Below the pieces are notes generated by a model that saw nothing but the letters and a program-made list of their open reading frames with translations, did not search any database and had not been told where the DNA came from. 64,000 bases of DNA, from NCBI GenBank assembly GCA_903827265.1, contig CAIKHN010000009.1, positions 151 through 64,150 of the forward strand. Reading direction: 5' to 3'. Positions 18,119-28,045 of the stretch are shown in pieces; position 1 is the stretch's first letter, and each line of letters begins with the position of its first letter. Source of the DNA: Candidatus Uhrbacteria bacterium (lineage in GTDB: Bacteria > Patescibacteriota > Patescibacteriia > UBA9934). Position numbers and translations under genes: made by a program.

Positions 18119-19015
18119 ATGTCCACAGCAACCACGATCATCATCTTCTATAAATACGTCCAGATTTCAGACCCAAAAACATTTGTCGCTCTCCAGCGGG
18201 AGATGTGCGAAAAACTGGGCCTTTTGGGACGAATCCTCATTGCGACTGAAGGGATAAATGGCACCCTTGAAGGAGCAACGGAATCGATTGCGGAGTATGA
18301 GGCTTGGATGCACACGTTGCCGGAATTTGCAGGGCTTTGGTTTAAATCAAGCCCAGGGACGGGAGACGCGTTCAAGAAGCTCGTCGTAAAGCTCCGAACG
18401 GAGATCGTGGCGACAGGACTTTCAAAGGAGCAGGATCTTGATCCAAACGTCACCACCGGGAAACACATCGATCCCGATGAGCTGAAACGATGGATCGAAA
18501 ATGGTGAAGAATTCGAAATTATCGACATGCGCAACGATTACGAGTACGCTGTGGGCCACTTTGCCAATTCCAAAAACAGCACCATGGCGAACTTTCGTGA
18601 CTTACCAAAGATTGCTGCAAAGTTTGAAGGACTGAAAAAGAAAAAGGTGCTCACGGTGTGTACGTATGGCGTGCGATGTGAGAAAGCGTCGGGATTTCTG
18701 AAACAAGAAGGATTCGAGGACGTGTATCAGCTGAACGGTGGAATTGGAACGTACATGAAGCAATTTCCTGGGGAGGACTTTTTAGGATCGCTGTACGTCT
18801 TTGACAGGCGGATGACTGAACAATTTACAGACAAATATATGGTGATTGGTGAATGCACGGCATGCGGTTCAAAGACAGAGCGATTCGGAAATTGCGCATG
18901 GCATGAATGTCACAAGCAGTTGTTGATTTGTTTCAACTGCGCAAAACATGCAAAAGGTATTTGGTGCAACGACGACTGTATGGTTGGTGCAGCGTCAGGC
19001 GTTCCGATTCGATAA
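18119..19015 (+). CDS. trhO: tRNA uridine(34) hydroxylase (rhodanese domain)
   Basis: FYKY, EGINGT, DMRNDYE, CTYGVRCEKAS, GSLYVFD. Confidence 0.88.
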   Translation: MSTATTIIIFYKYVQISDPKTFVALQREMCEKLGLLGRILIATEGINGTLEGATESIAEYEAWMHTLPEFAGLWFKSSPGTGDAFKKLVVKLRTEIVATGLSKEQDLDPNVTTGKHIDPDELKRWIENGEEFEIIDMRNDYEYAVGHFANSKNSTMANFRDLPKIAAKFEGLKKKKVLTVCTYGVRCEKASGFLKQEGFEDVYQLNGGIGTYMKQFPGEDFLGSLYVFDRRMTEQFTDKYMVIGECTACGSKTERFGNCAWHECHKQLLICFNCAKHAKGIWCNDDCMVGAASGVPIR

Positions 19016-19023
19016 TTTCTTCT

Positions 19024-20478
19024 ATGGACCACGGCAATGTCATCGTTCGATTTGAAAACGTCTCATACGCGTATGACGGGGATTACCCGATTCTTGACGA
19101 CGCGAACTTTTCCATTCGTGAGAACAGCAAGATTACGGTGATGGGCCAGAACGGCGCGGGAAAGAGCACAATTTTCAAAATGATTTTGGGGGAGATCAAG
19201 CCTGACGCAGGGCAGATTCACATTCAAAAAGGTGCGTCGATCGCTATTGGCCGACAGGTCATGCATCGCGAGCATCTTACGGAATCCGTGCGCGATTTCT
19301 TTGCACACGCATTTCCAGAAATTACGTACGATCTCGATCGGCGTATTGCTGAGGTTCTTGAGGCGGTAAACCTTGTTGCGCCGCTTGAAAAGATTATTGG
19401 TGAGTTTTCTGGCGGTCAGCAAGCACGATTATTGCTTGCATACGCACTCATTCAAGAGCCGGACATTTTGCTGCTCGACGAGCCAACAAACAATTTGGAC
19501 CGTGACGGAATCGACCATCTCACTGGTTTCTTGATGATGTACCAAAAGACAGTTCTCGTTATTTCGCACGACGCCGATTTCTTGAATGCGTTTACCGAGG
19601 GCGTGTTGCATTTGGATGTGTATCGTCATCAAACCGATATTTACGTGGGAAATTACTCCGACGTTATTGAAGAAATCGCTGCTCGTGTTGAGCGCGATCG
19701 TGCAAAGAACGCGCAGTTGTTGAAAGAGATCCAAGACCGCAAGGACAAGGTGAACTTTTTCGCAAACAAAGGAGGAAAAATGCGTAAGCTCGCGAGTAAG
19801 CTGAAAGATCAAGCAGAAGAAGCAGAAGAGAATATGGTCGAGGTTCGTCGTGATGATCGGACCATTAAGGATTTCACCATTCCAACGCAAGATTTCATTG
19901 AGACGATGGTGACGATGACGTCGGTGAAGGTGATTAAGAACCATGAGCCGCGTGATGCGAAGGTGCACATTAAGCTGCGCCGTCGTCAGAAGTTGTTGGT
20001 ATCTGGAACAAACGGCATTGGGAAAAGCACATTGCTTCGCGCGTTGGCCGGAGGAAAAACGGAAGGCCTCGCGATCGATCCAGGCGTAAAGGTCGGATAT
20101 TACAAACAAGATTTTTCTGGACTCGACTTTGACCAAACCGCGTACGATTCGCTCGCGTCAGTTATGGAACTAAAGTCGAATGAAACGCTTCGTGCAGTCG
20201 CTTCGCAGTTCTTGCTTACGAGCGCTGTCCTTCAGAACACGGTCGGGTCGCTTTCAGAAGGGCAGAAAGGTTTGCTCTGTTTTGCTCGATTCGTCTTGCA
20301 GGCCCCGGGGTTGCTTATTCTCGACGAGCCAACGAACCACATCAACTTCCGCCATCTTCCTGTTATTGCAAAGGCGATCGACGAGTATCAAGGCTGCGTG
20401 ATTATGGTGAGCCACGCACCAGAATTCGTGTCGCAAATTCACTTCACCCAAACGCTCGACATGAGCACGTTGAGTTAG
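19024..20478 (+). CDS. ABC-F family ATPase
   Basis: Two ABC domains (GQNGAGKS, GTNGIGKS; LDEPTN twice), no TM segments. Confidence 0.9.
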   Translation: MDHGNVIVRFENVSYAYDGDYPILDDANFSIRENSKITVMGQNGAGKSTIFKMILGEIKPDAGQIHIQKGASIAIGRQVMHREHLTESVRDFFAHAFPEITYDLDRRIAEVLEAVNLVAPLEKIIGEFSGGQQARLLLAYALIQEPDILLLDEPTNNLDRDGIDHLTGFLMMYQKTVLVISHDADFLNAFTEGVLHLDVYRHQTDIYVGNYSDVIEEIAARVERDRAKNAQLLKEIQDRKDKVNFFANKGGKMRKLASKLKDQAEEAEENMVEVRRDDRTIKDFTIPTQDFIETMVTMTSVKVIKNHEPRDAKVHIKLRRRQKLLVSGTNGIGKSTLLRALAGGKTEGLAIDPGVKVGYYKQDFSGLDFDQTAYDSLASVMELKSNETLRAVASQFLLTSAVLQNTVGSLSEGQKGLLCFARFVLQAPGLLILDEPTNHINFRHLPVIAKAIDEYQGCVIMVSHAPEFVSQIHFTQTLDMSTLS

Positions 20479-20487
20479 CCGTTTGGT

Positions 20488-20516
20488 TCAGTCATCCCCG
20501 CGCAGGCGGGGATCCA
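20488..20516 (+). repeat. REP-like hairpin
   Basis: tcagtcatccccgcgcaggcggggatcca. Confidence 0.8.
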
Positions 20517-20587
20517 TCAGAAAGCGTGAACGGGACGAGCGAAGCTCGTCCCGTTTCGTTAATCAGCGCGTCGCTGATCCGTTGTAC

Positions 20588-20920
20588 CTATCCGCAGATC
20601 GACCACTCGCGAGCATACGTTCCCGTGGTGCTGAGCAGCCGTTGCAGTCGTTCGGCGGCGCGTTGCCGGCGGGCGACTGATTCGCGGTTGTGAGGGTAGT
20701 CGAATTCCAGATCCTGCTTGCCGCGTGCGTAGAGAAGGAGCGTCGCGATCGACACCTTCTTTCCCTTCACACGAGGGTACGCGATTTGGAAGTCCAGCCA
20801 CGGAAGATGTGCGGTGATTTCCGCAGTCGCCGAGGCGGTCGATTCATGCCCCAGACTCTTGAGAAGTTTTCGGTTCTGTTCTCGACGGGCGGTGGAGTGA
20901 AGGTGATGACGACGCGCCAT
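20588..20920 (-). CDS. Hypothetical protein (orphan, GC-rich)
   Basis: 110-aa ORF with ATG start in the gap between ABC-F and the two-component system. Confidence 0.5.
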   Translation of the reverse strand: MARRHHLHSTARREQNRKLLKSLGHESTASATAEITAHLPWLDFQIAYPRVKGKKVSIATLLLYARGKQDLEFDYPHNRESVARRQRAAERLQRLLSTTGTYAREWSICG

Positions 20921-21221
20921 GAGGAGATCTCCGCGTTCGGTTTGTGGCCTCAGGCAAGGCCGGGGGAGTGAGTGACGCCTGAAGAAAAACGACCTGTCTT
21001 TTGGACAGATCGTTTTTCTTCAGTCACGCGCGTTTGCACGTTGCGTTATACAGAATGAATCGATCTGTCGTTGGCACAAGGAAGGACGCGCGTAAAATCG
21101 CAAAGGCCATGGATTGGCATTGCGATCGCGAGCGACTTCTTTGTATACGACTGAGCGTTCATATGGATATATTGAGAATACCATAGATTTTTTGCATTGC
21201 AAGAGAATTGTGGATATTGTG

Positions 21222-21255
21222 GCTTCACGGTTCCTTCATGTGGCATCTGTATACT
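21222..21255 (+). promoter_or_regulatory. Putative OmpR-type tandem binding site plus -10 box
   Basis: gcttcac-N4-ccttcat (11-bp period) then TATACT; same architecture at 22903-22937. Confidence 0.55.
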
Positions 21256-21263
21256 TGAAGCGT

Positions 21264-21929
21264 ATGAAAATCCTCGTTGTTGAAGATGAACAAAAATTAA
21301 ATGCCGCGATTACTCAGGGTTTGCGAAGTCGTGGGTATACCGTTGATACGGCGTTTGATGGGAAGGAGGGGGAGCGCATTGCTCGCGAATATTCGTATGA
21401 CTGTATCGTGCTCGATGTGCTGATGCCGGTTATGGACGGACTGACAATGTGCAAAAATCTTCGGGCAGCTGGGGTGCAGACTCCTGTTCTCTTCCTCACG
21501 GCGAAGAGTGACGTTCATGAGAAGATTGCTGGGTTCAATGTTGGTGCTGATGATTACGTCGCAAAGCCGTTTTCGTTCGATGAACTTGTTGCTCGCATTC
21601 GAGCAATCACGCGTCGAGCACCGAATGTTCAGGGCGACGTTCTTACGCTCGACGGATTGCTCCTCGATACGCGGTCGCAAATCGTGACGATTAACGGCAA
21701 GCCGGTCGATCTTACATTGCGTGAGTATGCGCTTTTGGAATATTTTCTCCGCAATCAGAATGCTGTGGTGACGCGTGAGGATATTCTCTCGCATGTGTGG
21801 GACCGATTTTATGACTCGTTCAGTAACGTCGTCGATGTTCATCTGAAAAATCTGCGAAAGAAATTGCCAAAGGATTATGCGAAACGTATTCAAACGGTTT
21901 GGGGGAAGGGATACCGGCTCGTTTCGTGA
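21264..21929 (+). CDS. OmpR/PhoB-family response regulator
   Basis: ILVVEDE, LDVLMP, GADDYVAKPF, TVWGKGY. Confidence 0.95.
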   Translation: MKILVVEDEQKLNAAITQGLRSRGYTVDTAFDGKEGERIAREYSYDCIVLDVLMPVMDGLTMCKNLRAAGVQTPVLFLTAKSDVHEKIAGFNVGADDYVAKPFSFDELVARIRAITRRAPNVQGDVLTLDGLLLDTRSQIVTINGKPVDLTLREYALLEYFLRNQNAVVTREDILSHVWDRFYDSFSNVVDVHLKNLRKKLPKDYAKRIQTVWGKGYRLVS

Positions 21930-22911
21930 CGAATACTTCCGGACGCGTATTGCGTTAACCGCAATTTACACGGGTATTCTTGTGATTCTTTTAGTACTGT
22001 CGAGCGGAATTACTCGAGCGGTATTCTCTGAGCGCTTGAGTCAGCGGTTTGCGTTGGTGATCGATCAAAACGATCGTATTCATCCGGTGGTGTTTCCGGT
22101 GAACGTCGAAAACGTTACCAAAGATCTTTCGGACACACTCATGCTCGTCAATGGCATTTTGGTTTTTGTATCCGTCTTCGTGAGCTATCGACTCGCAACA
22201 CGAACCTTGAAGCCAATTGAGAAAGCGTATGAGCGTCAGCGACAATTTCTGAGTGATGCGTCGCACGAACTCCGTACGCCGCTCGCAATTTTGCAGGCGA
22301 ACCTCGAAAACGAACGCGATTCAGGATCGGTAGAATTACAGCATTCCGCGGAGAGTCATTTGGAAGAAGTGCGTCGGATGAGTACGTTGGTTCATGATGT
22401 GCTTTCGTTATCAAAACTCGAACACACCGGATCAAGTGCTGTTCGTATGCCGATTATTGTGAATGATGTTGTACAGACTGTTGTTGACCGGTTGTCGTCG
22501 ATTGCACAGCAGAACACTGTTTCATTGACGCTTGAAGACGCCTCGGAAACGTTTACGGTTTTTGCGGCTGAAGAACCGTTGATTCGTGTGCTGACGAACG
22601 TTGTTGAAAATGCGATTTTGTACAACAAGCGAGAAGGATCTGTGACGATATCAGCGGCGCGAGAGGGTGAGCATGTACGGATCGATGTTGTTGATAGTGG
22701 CGTTGGGATTTGTGAAAACGACGTTCGGAAAATTTTTGATCGATTCTATCGCGCAGACAAGAGTCGATCTCGCCGAACAGGGGGAAGCGGTTTGGGGCTT
22801 TCTATTGCGCGGTCGATTGTGGAATCATTTGGTGGAACGATCGAAATGAAGAGCGTTGTCGACGTTGGGACAACCGTCAGTATTCGTTTGCCTATCCACA
22901 GTGCTTCATGA
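21877..22911 (+). CDS. Sensor histidine kinase
   Basis: DASHELRTPL, NAILYN, DSGVGI, GSGLGLSI; start uncertain. Confidence 0.93.
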   Translation: MRNVFKRFGGRDTGSFRDEYFRTRIALTAIYTGILVILLVLSSGITRAVFSERLSQRFALVIDQNDRIHPVVFPVNVENVTKDLSDTLMLVNGILVFVSVFVSYRLATRTLKPIEKAYERQRQFLSDASHELRTPLAILQANLENERDSGSVELQHSAESHLEEVRRMSTLVHDVLSLSKLEHTGSSAVRMPIIVNDVVQTVVDRLSSIAQQNTVSLTLEDASETFTVFAAEEPLIRVLTNVVENAILYNKREGSVTISAAREGEHVRIDVVDSGVGICENDVRKIFDRFYRADKSRSRRTGGSGLGLSIARSIVESFGGTIEMKSVVDVGTTVSIRLPIHSAS

Positions 22912-22937
22912 TTGCTTCATTGAGCGTTTTTTATAGT
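22903..22937 (+). promoter_or_regulatory. Putative OmpR-type tandem binding site plus -10 box
   Basis: gcttcat-N4-gcttcat (11-bp period) then TATAGT. Confidence 0.55.
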
Positions 22938-22966
22938 GTCATCGTCACTCTTAAGCACATTGTTCT

Positions 22967-23485
22967 ATGACCATCACAAAAAAGTCTGTGGTAACTGCAG
23001 CGATAGTTGCGACGCTTGGTATGGGTGCATTTGGTGCGACAACGGTGTTCGCCGCATCTGATTCGTCAGTGGGTCATAATCCAATGCAGAAAATCGTGAC
23101 GGCTCTTGCAACAAAATTTCATTTGAACGAAAAAGATGTTCAAGCAGTGTTCGACGAACAGCGCGGTGCCATGCGCGAAAACCATCAAGAAAACGCAAAA
23201 GATCATCTTGCACAGGCGGTGACGGACGGAAAGCTAACCCAGGCGCAGGCTGATGCGATTACGACAAATATGGAATCGCAGAAGACATTCTTTGAAAGTC
23301 TGAAGAACATGTCTGCCGCGGATCGTGATACAGCAATTGCCGAAAACATGAAAACACAAAAGGCATGGGCAGAGGCACAGGGGCTCCCAAAGGCGTTTAT
23401 GCCGTTTGAAAAAGGTGATCGCCCAGGGTTTGCTGGCGGGGTGCATGGGAAACGCGGTATGATGGACCGCGTTGAAAACGACTAA
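22967..23485 (+). CDS. Secreted helical hypothetical protein
   Basis: Signal peptide ending VFA; LAQAVTDGKLTQAQAD motif. Confidence 0.8.
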   Translation: MTITKKSVVTAAIVATLGMGAFGATTVFAASDSSVGHNPMQKIVTALATKFHLNEKDVQAVFDEQRGAMRENHQENAKDHLAQAVTDGKLTQAQADAITTNMESQKTFFESLKNMSAADRDTAIAENMKTQKAWAEAQGLPKAFMPFEKGDRPGFAGGVHGKRGMMDRVEND

Positions 23486-23498
23486 CAATCCGTCTCTT

Positions 23499-24044
23499 AT
23501 GCAGCGTACTGTTCAACGTGTCTCAATCCTAGTTGCCGCACTGCTTCCGGTCGTTGTGCTTGGTTTCTATGTTCTTCAACCGAAAACCCCGCCGCCGGAA
23601 ACCGCTGCATCAGTCGTTGCGGTAACGCAGTCATCATCAACAACGAAGACTGCGACATCAGCCACTACACCAACGACGACACAACAAACGACGAAAACGA
23701 CACCTTCATCAGCATCAACGTCTGCAACGACAACGCCGTCGTATGCGTACAAAGATGGAACGTACAGCGTTACCGCAACGTATCGCGTTCCAGAAGCCTC
23801 GGCGCAGAAGCTTGGGGTTTCGCTTACCATCGTGAACGACGTTATTACTGGTGCGGCGGCGACGAACATGGCAACAGACCAAACGTCCAGCATGTATCAG
23901 AATGCATTCGTAAGCGGGTATAAAACATCGGTTGTTGGAAAGAGCATTGCGAGCCTTCAGCTCGGAAAGGTGTCAGGCTCCTCACTCACGACCGCGGCTT
24001 TCAACGATGCTCTCACTGCAATTCGAAAAGAAGCGGCAATATAA
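23499..24044 (+). CDS. Membrane-anchored FMN-binding domain protein
   Basis: TM helix, Thr-rich linker, YKDGTY, VSGSSLTT flavinylation-type motif; adjacent to apbE. Confidence 0.82.
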   Translation: MQRTVQRVSILVAALLPVVVLGFYVLQPKTPPPETAASVVAVTQSSSTTKTATSATTPTTTQQTTKTTPSSASTSATTTPSYAYKDGTYSVTATYRVPEASAQKLGVSLTIVNDVITGAAATNMATDQTSSMYQNAFVSGYKTSVVGKSIASLQLGKVSGSSLTTAAFNDALTAIRKEAAI

Positions 24045-24046
24045 TT

Positions 24047-24922
24047 ATGGAACACCGTCAGGAGTTCCATGCGATCGGTACACATTGGTGTATTGATTTC
24101 CCCACAACACTCGACGCATATCGCGTCGAGTTTGTGATGCAGCGCATTCATAGCCGTATCGATGAGTTCGATAAAACGTACTCGCGCTTTCGTCCGGATT
24201 CGATCGTGACGATGATGTCGAAGACGACGGGTCGGTACGAATTGCCGTCGGATGCTGCGCCGATGCTCGCGTTGTATCGGAGACTGTACGATCTGACCGA
24301 TGGCGCTGTTACGCCGTTGATTGGTCAGACACTTTCTGATGCTGGGTATGACGCGGCATATTCACTGAAGACAAAATCGATGTCGTCGCCGAAGCGCTGG
24401 GACGACGTCATGCGTGTTGAAGGATCGGCGATCGATCTTCTTGAGCCTGTGCTTTTAGATTTCGGCGCCGCAGGAAAGGGGTACCTCATCGATATTGTTT
24501 CTGAAATTATCGAGAGCGAGGGAATCGATTCATACTGCGTTGACGCCGGTGGCGATATGCGATATCGGAGTTCGGCGGGGGAGGTTCTGCGTGTCGGCCT
24601 TGAGGATCCGTCGAACGTGTCGCAAGCCATCGGTGTTGCGTCGATCGTCAACAAAAGTATTTGTGGATCTGCGGGGAATCGCAGAACGTGGGGAGCGTTC
24701 ACCCATATTCTCGATCCAAAGTTGTTAACGTCGCCAAGGCATATTCTTGCGGTGTGGGTTATTGCAGACACGACGATGCTCGCTGATGGCCTGACAACCG
24801 CATTAATGTTCGTTGATCCCGAGGTGCTTCGACCGGAATTCGATTTCGAGTTTGCAATAGTGCACGAAGATTTCTCGCTCACACGATCAGCGGGCTTTCC
24901 AGGCGAATTCTTCCAATCATAG
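24047..24922 (+). CDS. apbE: FAD:protein FMN transferase (ApbE family)
   Basis: YSRFRPDS, DFGAAGKGY, DAGGD, HILDP, ADGLTTA. Confidence 0.9.
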   Translation: MEHRQEFHAIGTHWCIDFPTTLDAYRVEFVMQRIHSRIDEFDKTYSRFRPDSIVTMMSKTTGRYELPSDAAPMLALYRRLYDLTDGAVTPLIGQTLSDAGYDAAYSLKTKSMSSPKRWDDVMRVEGSAIDLLEPVLLDFGAAGKGYLIDIVSEIIESEGIDSYCVDAGGDMRYRSSAGEVLRVGLEDPSNVSQAIGVASIVNKSICGSAGNRRTWGAFTHILDPKLLTSPRHILAVWVIADTTMLADGLTTALMFVDPEVLRPEFDFEFAIVHEDFSLTRSAGFPGEFFQS

Positions 24923-24965
24923 CGATTCCCGTGTACGCTGTGGGCAAGAATCATTAACTATCGCT

Positions 24966-25325
24966 ATGGAAACTGTGTTTCTTCTTGGGAAGATTGTACT
25001 TGGTGCGTATTTCATTTTTGCAGGTATTCCTCATTTTACTAAAGCAAAGGGCCTCATTGAGTACTCGAAGTACAAAAAGGTTCCAATGCCAGAAGTTGGC
25101 GTGTACGTCAGTGGAATCATTTTGGTTCTTGGCGGACTCGGCATTCTCTTCCAGATGAACCTTGTGTGGTCGTACGGACTGCTTGCAGCGCTCCTCGTGG
25201 CGTTTGCGGTAATGGTTCACAATTTCTGGACCGTCACTGACGAGAAGCAGAAGATGACCGACATGATTATGTTCCAAAAGAACATCGCGATCGCTGCCGC
25301 TCTCCTCATGCTCCTTGCGAAGTAA
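24966..25325 (+). CDS. DoxX family membrane protein
   Basis: Four TM segments, HNFW, FQKNIAI. Confidence 0.88.
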   Translation: METVFLLGKIVLGAYFIFAGIPHFTKAKGLIEYSKYKKVPMPEVGVYVSGIILVLGGLGILFQMNLVWSYGLLAALLVAFAVMVHNFWTVTDEKQKMTDMIMFQKNIAIAAALLMLLAK

Positions 25326-25336
25326 GCGGAAACAAA

Positions 25337-25368
25337 AAAAACACCCGGCCAATCGGTCGGGTGTTTTT
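25337..25368. terminator. Bidirectional terminator
   Basis: aaaaacacccggcc-aatc-ggtcgggtgttttt. Confidence 0.78.
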
Positions 25369-25369
25369 A

Positions 25370-25882
25370 TTATGCGATCGCGATGACGGTGTAGTGCGTT
25401 GTTCGATCGTCGACTCTTACCTCGACCACATCGCCGACAATTGCACCGAGGAGTGCTTTGCCAATGGGAGAATGATGGGAGATTTTTCCTTTCATTGGGT
25501 TGCTCTCTTGTGAACCGAGAATCTCGTAGGTGTAGGTCGATGATCCCGGATCGAGCTTTACGGTCACGATCGATCCAATGCGAACTTTCGTCGATCCGGC
25601 TTCATGAATGATGGGAATTGCGTGCGCAATTTTTTCGGTGAGTGAAAGAATTCGACCGTTGATGCGCCGAAGATTTTGTTTTGCCCATTGGTAGCCTGCG
25701 TTTTCTGAAAAATCGCCCATTTCGCCGGTGCGAACAACTTCTGCCGCAGCAACGCCGCGTTCAACATCAATAAGCCGCTGAAGCTCGCGTTTCATCGCCT
25801 CAATCTTTTCCGGTGTGAAATGCAAATCAGGTTCTTCGGTTTGCTGACGTTCGAGTTCTTTCTTTCTGGTAGGAAGTCTCAT
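25370..25882 (-). CDS. GreA/GreB family elongation factor (paralogue)
   Basis: GDFSENAGY, ISHHSPIGKALLG. Confidence 0.9.
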   Translation of the reverse strand: MRLPTRKKELERQQTEEPDLHFTPEKIEAMKRELQRLIDVERGVAAAEVVRTGEMGDFSENAGYQWAKQNLRRINGRILSLTEKIAHAIPIIHEAGSTKVRIGSIVTVKLDPGSSTYTYEILGSQESNPMKGKISHHSPIGKALLGAIVGDVVEVRVDDRTTHYTVIAIA

Positions 25883-25892
25883 GAAATGTATT

Positions 25893-25980
25893 CGTCATTG
25901 CGAGGAGGGTAATCCCGACGCGGCAATCCAGGTGAACCTAGATTGCCGCGTCGAACGATTACGTCCTCCTCGCAATGACG
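25893..25980. repeat. 88-bp imperfect palindrome (GTCATTGCGAG...GCAATC type)
   Basis: cgtcattgcgaggagg...cgacgcggcaatc / gattgccgcgtcg...cctcctcgcaatgacg. Confidence 0.85.
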
Positions 25981-26027
25981 GAGGAGATATTTAACGCTTC
26001 TTATAGGTTTAGTGTACCCTTCCTGCC

Positions 26028-27812
26028 ATGTCTCGACCACTCCTCGACGTGAAAAACCTCCGAAAGTCGTACGGCAAGCAAGTTGTCTGCGACGATATTT
26101 CGTTTGTGGTAGGCGAAGGGGAACATATTGCGCTCATCGGCCGTAACGGCGCAGGAAAGTCGACGCTTCTCAATATGCTCATGGGAATTGAGGAGCCTGA
26201 TGCAGGAACAGTACAGCTCATGCCGTGGACAAAACTTGGTATGGTCGCGCAGCACGACATTCTGCCAGGCGATGTGACCACGGAGGAATACTGTTCTGCG
26301 ATCTCGGGCAAGCCAACATGGGACGTCCGCAAGCTCGCCGCAAAGTTCGGGTTACACGGAACCGATCTTGAAAAGCCACCAACGGCGCTTTCTGGCGGTT
26401 ATCAAATGCGTGTGAAAATTGTTGCGATGTTGTTGTGCGATCCGAATCTGCTTCTCCTCGATGAACCGGTGAACTACCTTGATCTTCCAACGCTGTTGTT
26501 GCTCGAGCGATTTCTCGCGGATTACGAAGGAAGCTTTATCATGACGGCGCACGATCGGGAATTTCTTCAAAACACCTGTACGTCAACCTTTGAGATCGAA
26601 CGAGCGCTCCTGACGCAATATCCTGGCACGGTCGAAGAGTACTTTGTGTGGAAAGAAGAGCAGCTTGAATTTCTTCGTCGAAATAACAAGCGCGTTTCCC
26701 GAGAAATGGCGCATCATCAAGAGTTTGTGAATCGCTTCCAGTACAAGGCGAGTCAGGCATCACGTGCGCAGAGTAAAATAAAACACATCGAGAAGCTTCG
26801 TCGGAGCATTGTTGCGATTAAGAAAGATTTGTCGACGACGCGCATTGTTATTCCTACGCCGGTTATTGTGCCGGGCATTGCGGTTCGTGTAGAAAAGTTG
26901 TCGATCGGGTATGGCGATAAAGTCATCGGATCGAACATTTCGTTTACGTTCAATCGCGGGGAGAAGGTGGTGATTGCCGGAGAGAATGGAAAGGGGAAAT
27001 CGACGCTCTTGAAAACGCTTGCCGGAATCCTCGAGCCGATCGAAGGCTCGGTGAAATGGTGGCATCGGGCAGATATTGGGTATTACGATCAGAAGACTGA
27101 TGCGACGTTGATTCCATCGGAAACCGTTCTGCAGTATCTCACCCGTCTTTCTCCGCCAATGGCGTCGGGGGAGCGCATTCTCATGATGGCGGGCAACTTC
27201 TTGTTCCGTGGTGACGATCTGGAGAAGACGACGAGCGTGCTTTCCGGGGGAGAGCGTGCGCGATTATGTTTGGCGGGAATGTTGCTCCACGAACATAGCG
27301 TGTTAATCCTCGACGAGCCAACAAACCACTTAGACGTCGAGACCGCCGAATCCTTGGCATCGGCGCTGAAGGAATACGGAGGTACTGTGCTCTTCGTTTC
27401 GCACGCTCGAACATTCGTGAATGCGCTTGCTGAACGAATCTACGAAATTCGTGGCGGAACCGTTCGTCACTACGTCGGCACGTACGAGGACTACGTACGA
27501 GATCTCGAATCGATCATGGATACAGACGACGTTGCGGTGCTACCAAAGGAATTGTCCGATGATGCCGAAGCACGATCGCTTCGCCGACAGGTGCTCAAAG
27601 AGAAACAGCGACTCGCCGAACGGATGCAGCTGCAAATCGAAAAGCACGACAAAGAAAAGAGCGCGATCCTCGCGTACTTTTTTGAGAACCCCACCGACTA
27701 CTCGCCAGAAAAGAATCGCCGGTTATCTGAACTCGACGACGAACTTGGTCGATTCGAGCATCAATGGTTGGTGTTGTGTGAGGAGATTGAGATGTTGAAG
27801 GCGGTGAAATAA
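26028..27812 (+). CDS. ABC-F family ATPase
   Basis: GRNGAGKS, GENGKGKS, LSGGERAR, C-terminal coiled coil. Confidence 0.9.
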   Translation: MSRPLLDVKNLRKSYGKQVVCDDISFVVGEGEHIALIGRNGAGKSTLLNMLMGIEEPDAGTVQLMPWTKLGMVAQHDILPGDVTTEEYCSAISGKPTWDVRKLAAKFGLHGTDLEKPPTALSGGYQMRVKIVAMLLCDPNLLLLDEPVNYLDLPTLLLLERFLADYEGSFIMTAHDREFLQNTCTSTFEIERALLTQYPGTVEEYFVWKEEQLEFLRRNNKRVSREMAHHQEFVNRFQYKASQASRAQSKIKHIEKLRRSIVAIKKDLSTTRIVIPTPVIVPGIAVRVEKLSIGYGDKVIGSNISFTFNRGEKVVIAGENGKGKSTLLKTLAGILEPIEGSVKWWHRADIGYYDQKTDATLIPSETVLQYLTRLSPPMASGERILMMAGNFLFRGDDLEKTTSVLSGGERARLCLAGMLLHEHSVLILDEPTNHLDVETAESLASALKEYGGTVLFVSHARTFVNALAERIYEIRGGTVRHYVGTYEDYVRDLESIMDTDDVAVLPKELSDDAEARSLRRQVLKEKQRLAERMQLQIEKHDKEKSAILAYFFENPTDYSPEKNRRLSELDDELGRFEHQWLVLCEEIEMLKAVK

Positions 27813-27818
27813 TAAAAC

Positions 27819-28045
27819 TCAGTCATCCCGCAGCCCTCAGTCGTCCCCTTACTTTTTCAGTCATCCTCGCGTATGCGGGGATCCAGTAATCATCGGCTTC
27901 CCTCACTCATCAACGGGTCCTGTCACCTCGGACCCCGTTACGGTGCTCACCGCGCACGAGGCGTTTGCGGTAATCGGAATCGACATCTGTGCTCGTTGCG
28001 CTCCGTACGGGGGCCTCCCTCGGTGCCACCCGTTGATTCGTTCGC
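27819..28045 (-). repeat. Composite repeat: tandem REP heads, a REP hairpin and a family A-related palindrome (27909-28037)
   Basis: tcagtc(a/g)tcc three times; IR atcaacgggt/acccgttgat; 25-bp identity with 10260-10284. Confidence 0.82.

Noticed and set aside
25370-27812. Second Gre factor and second ABC-F as a novel system
   Set aside because: Paralogues of both families are common and nothing links them beyond adjacency.
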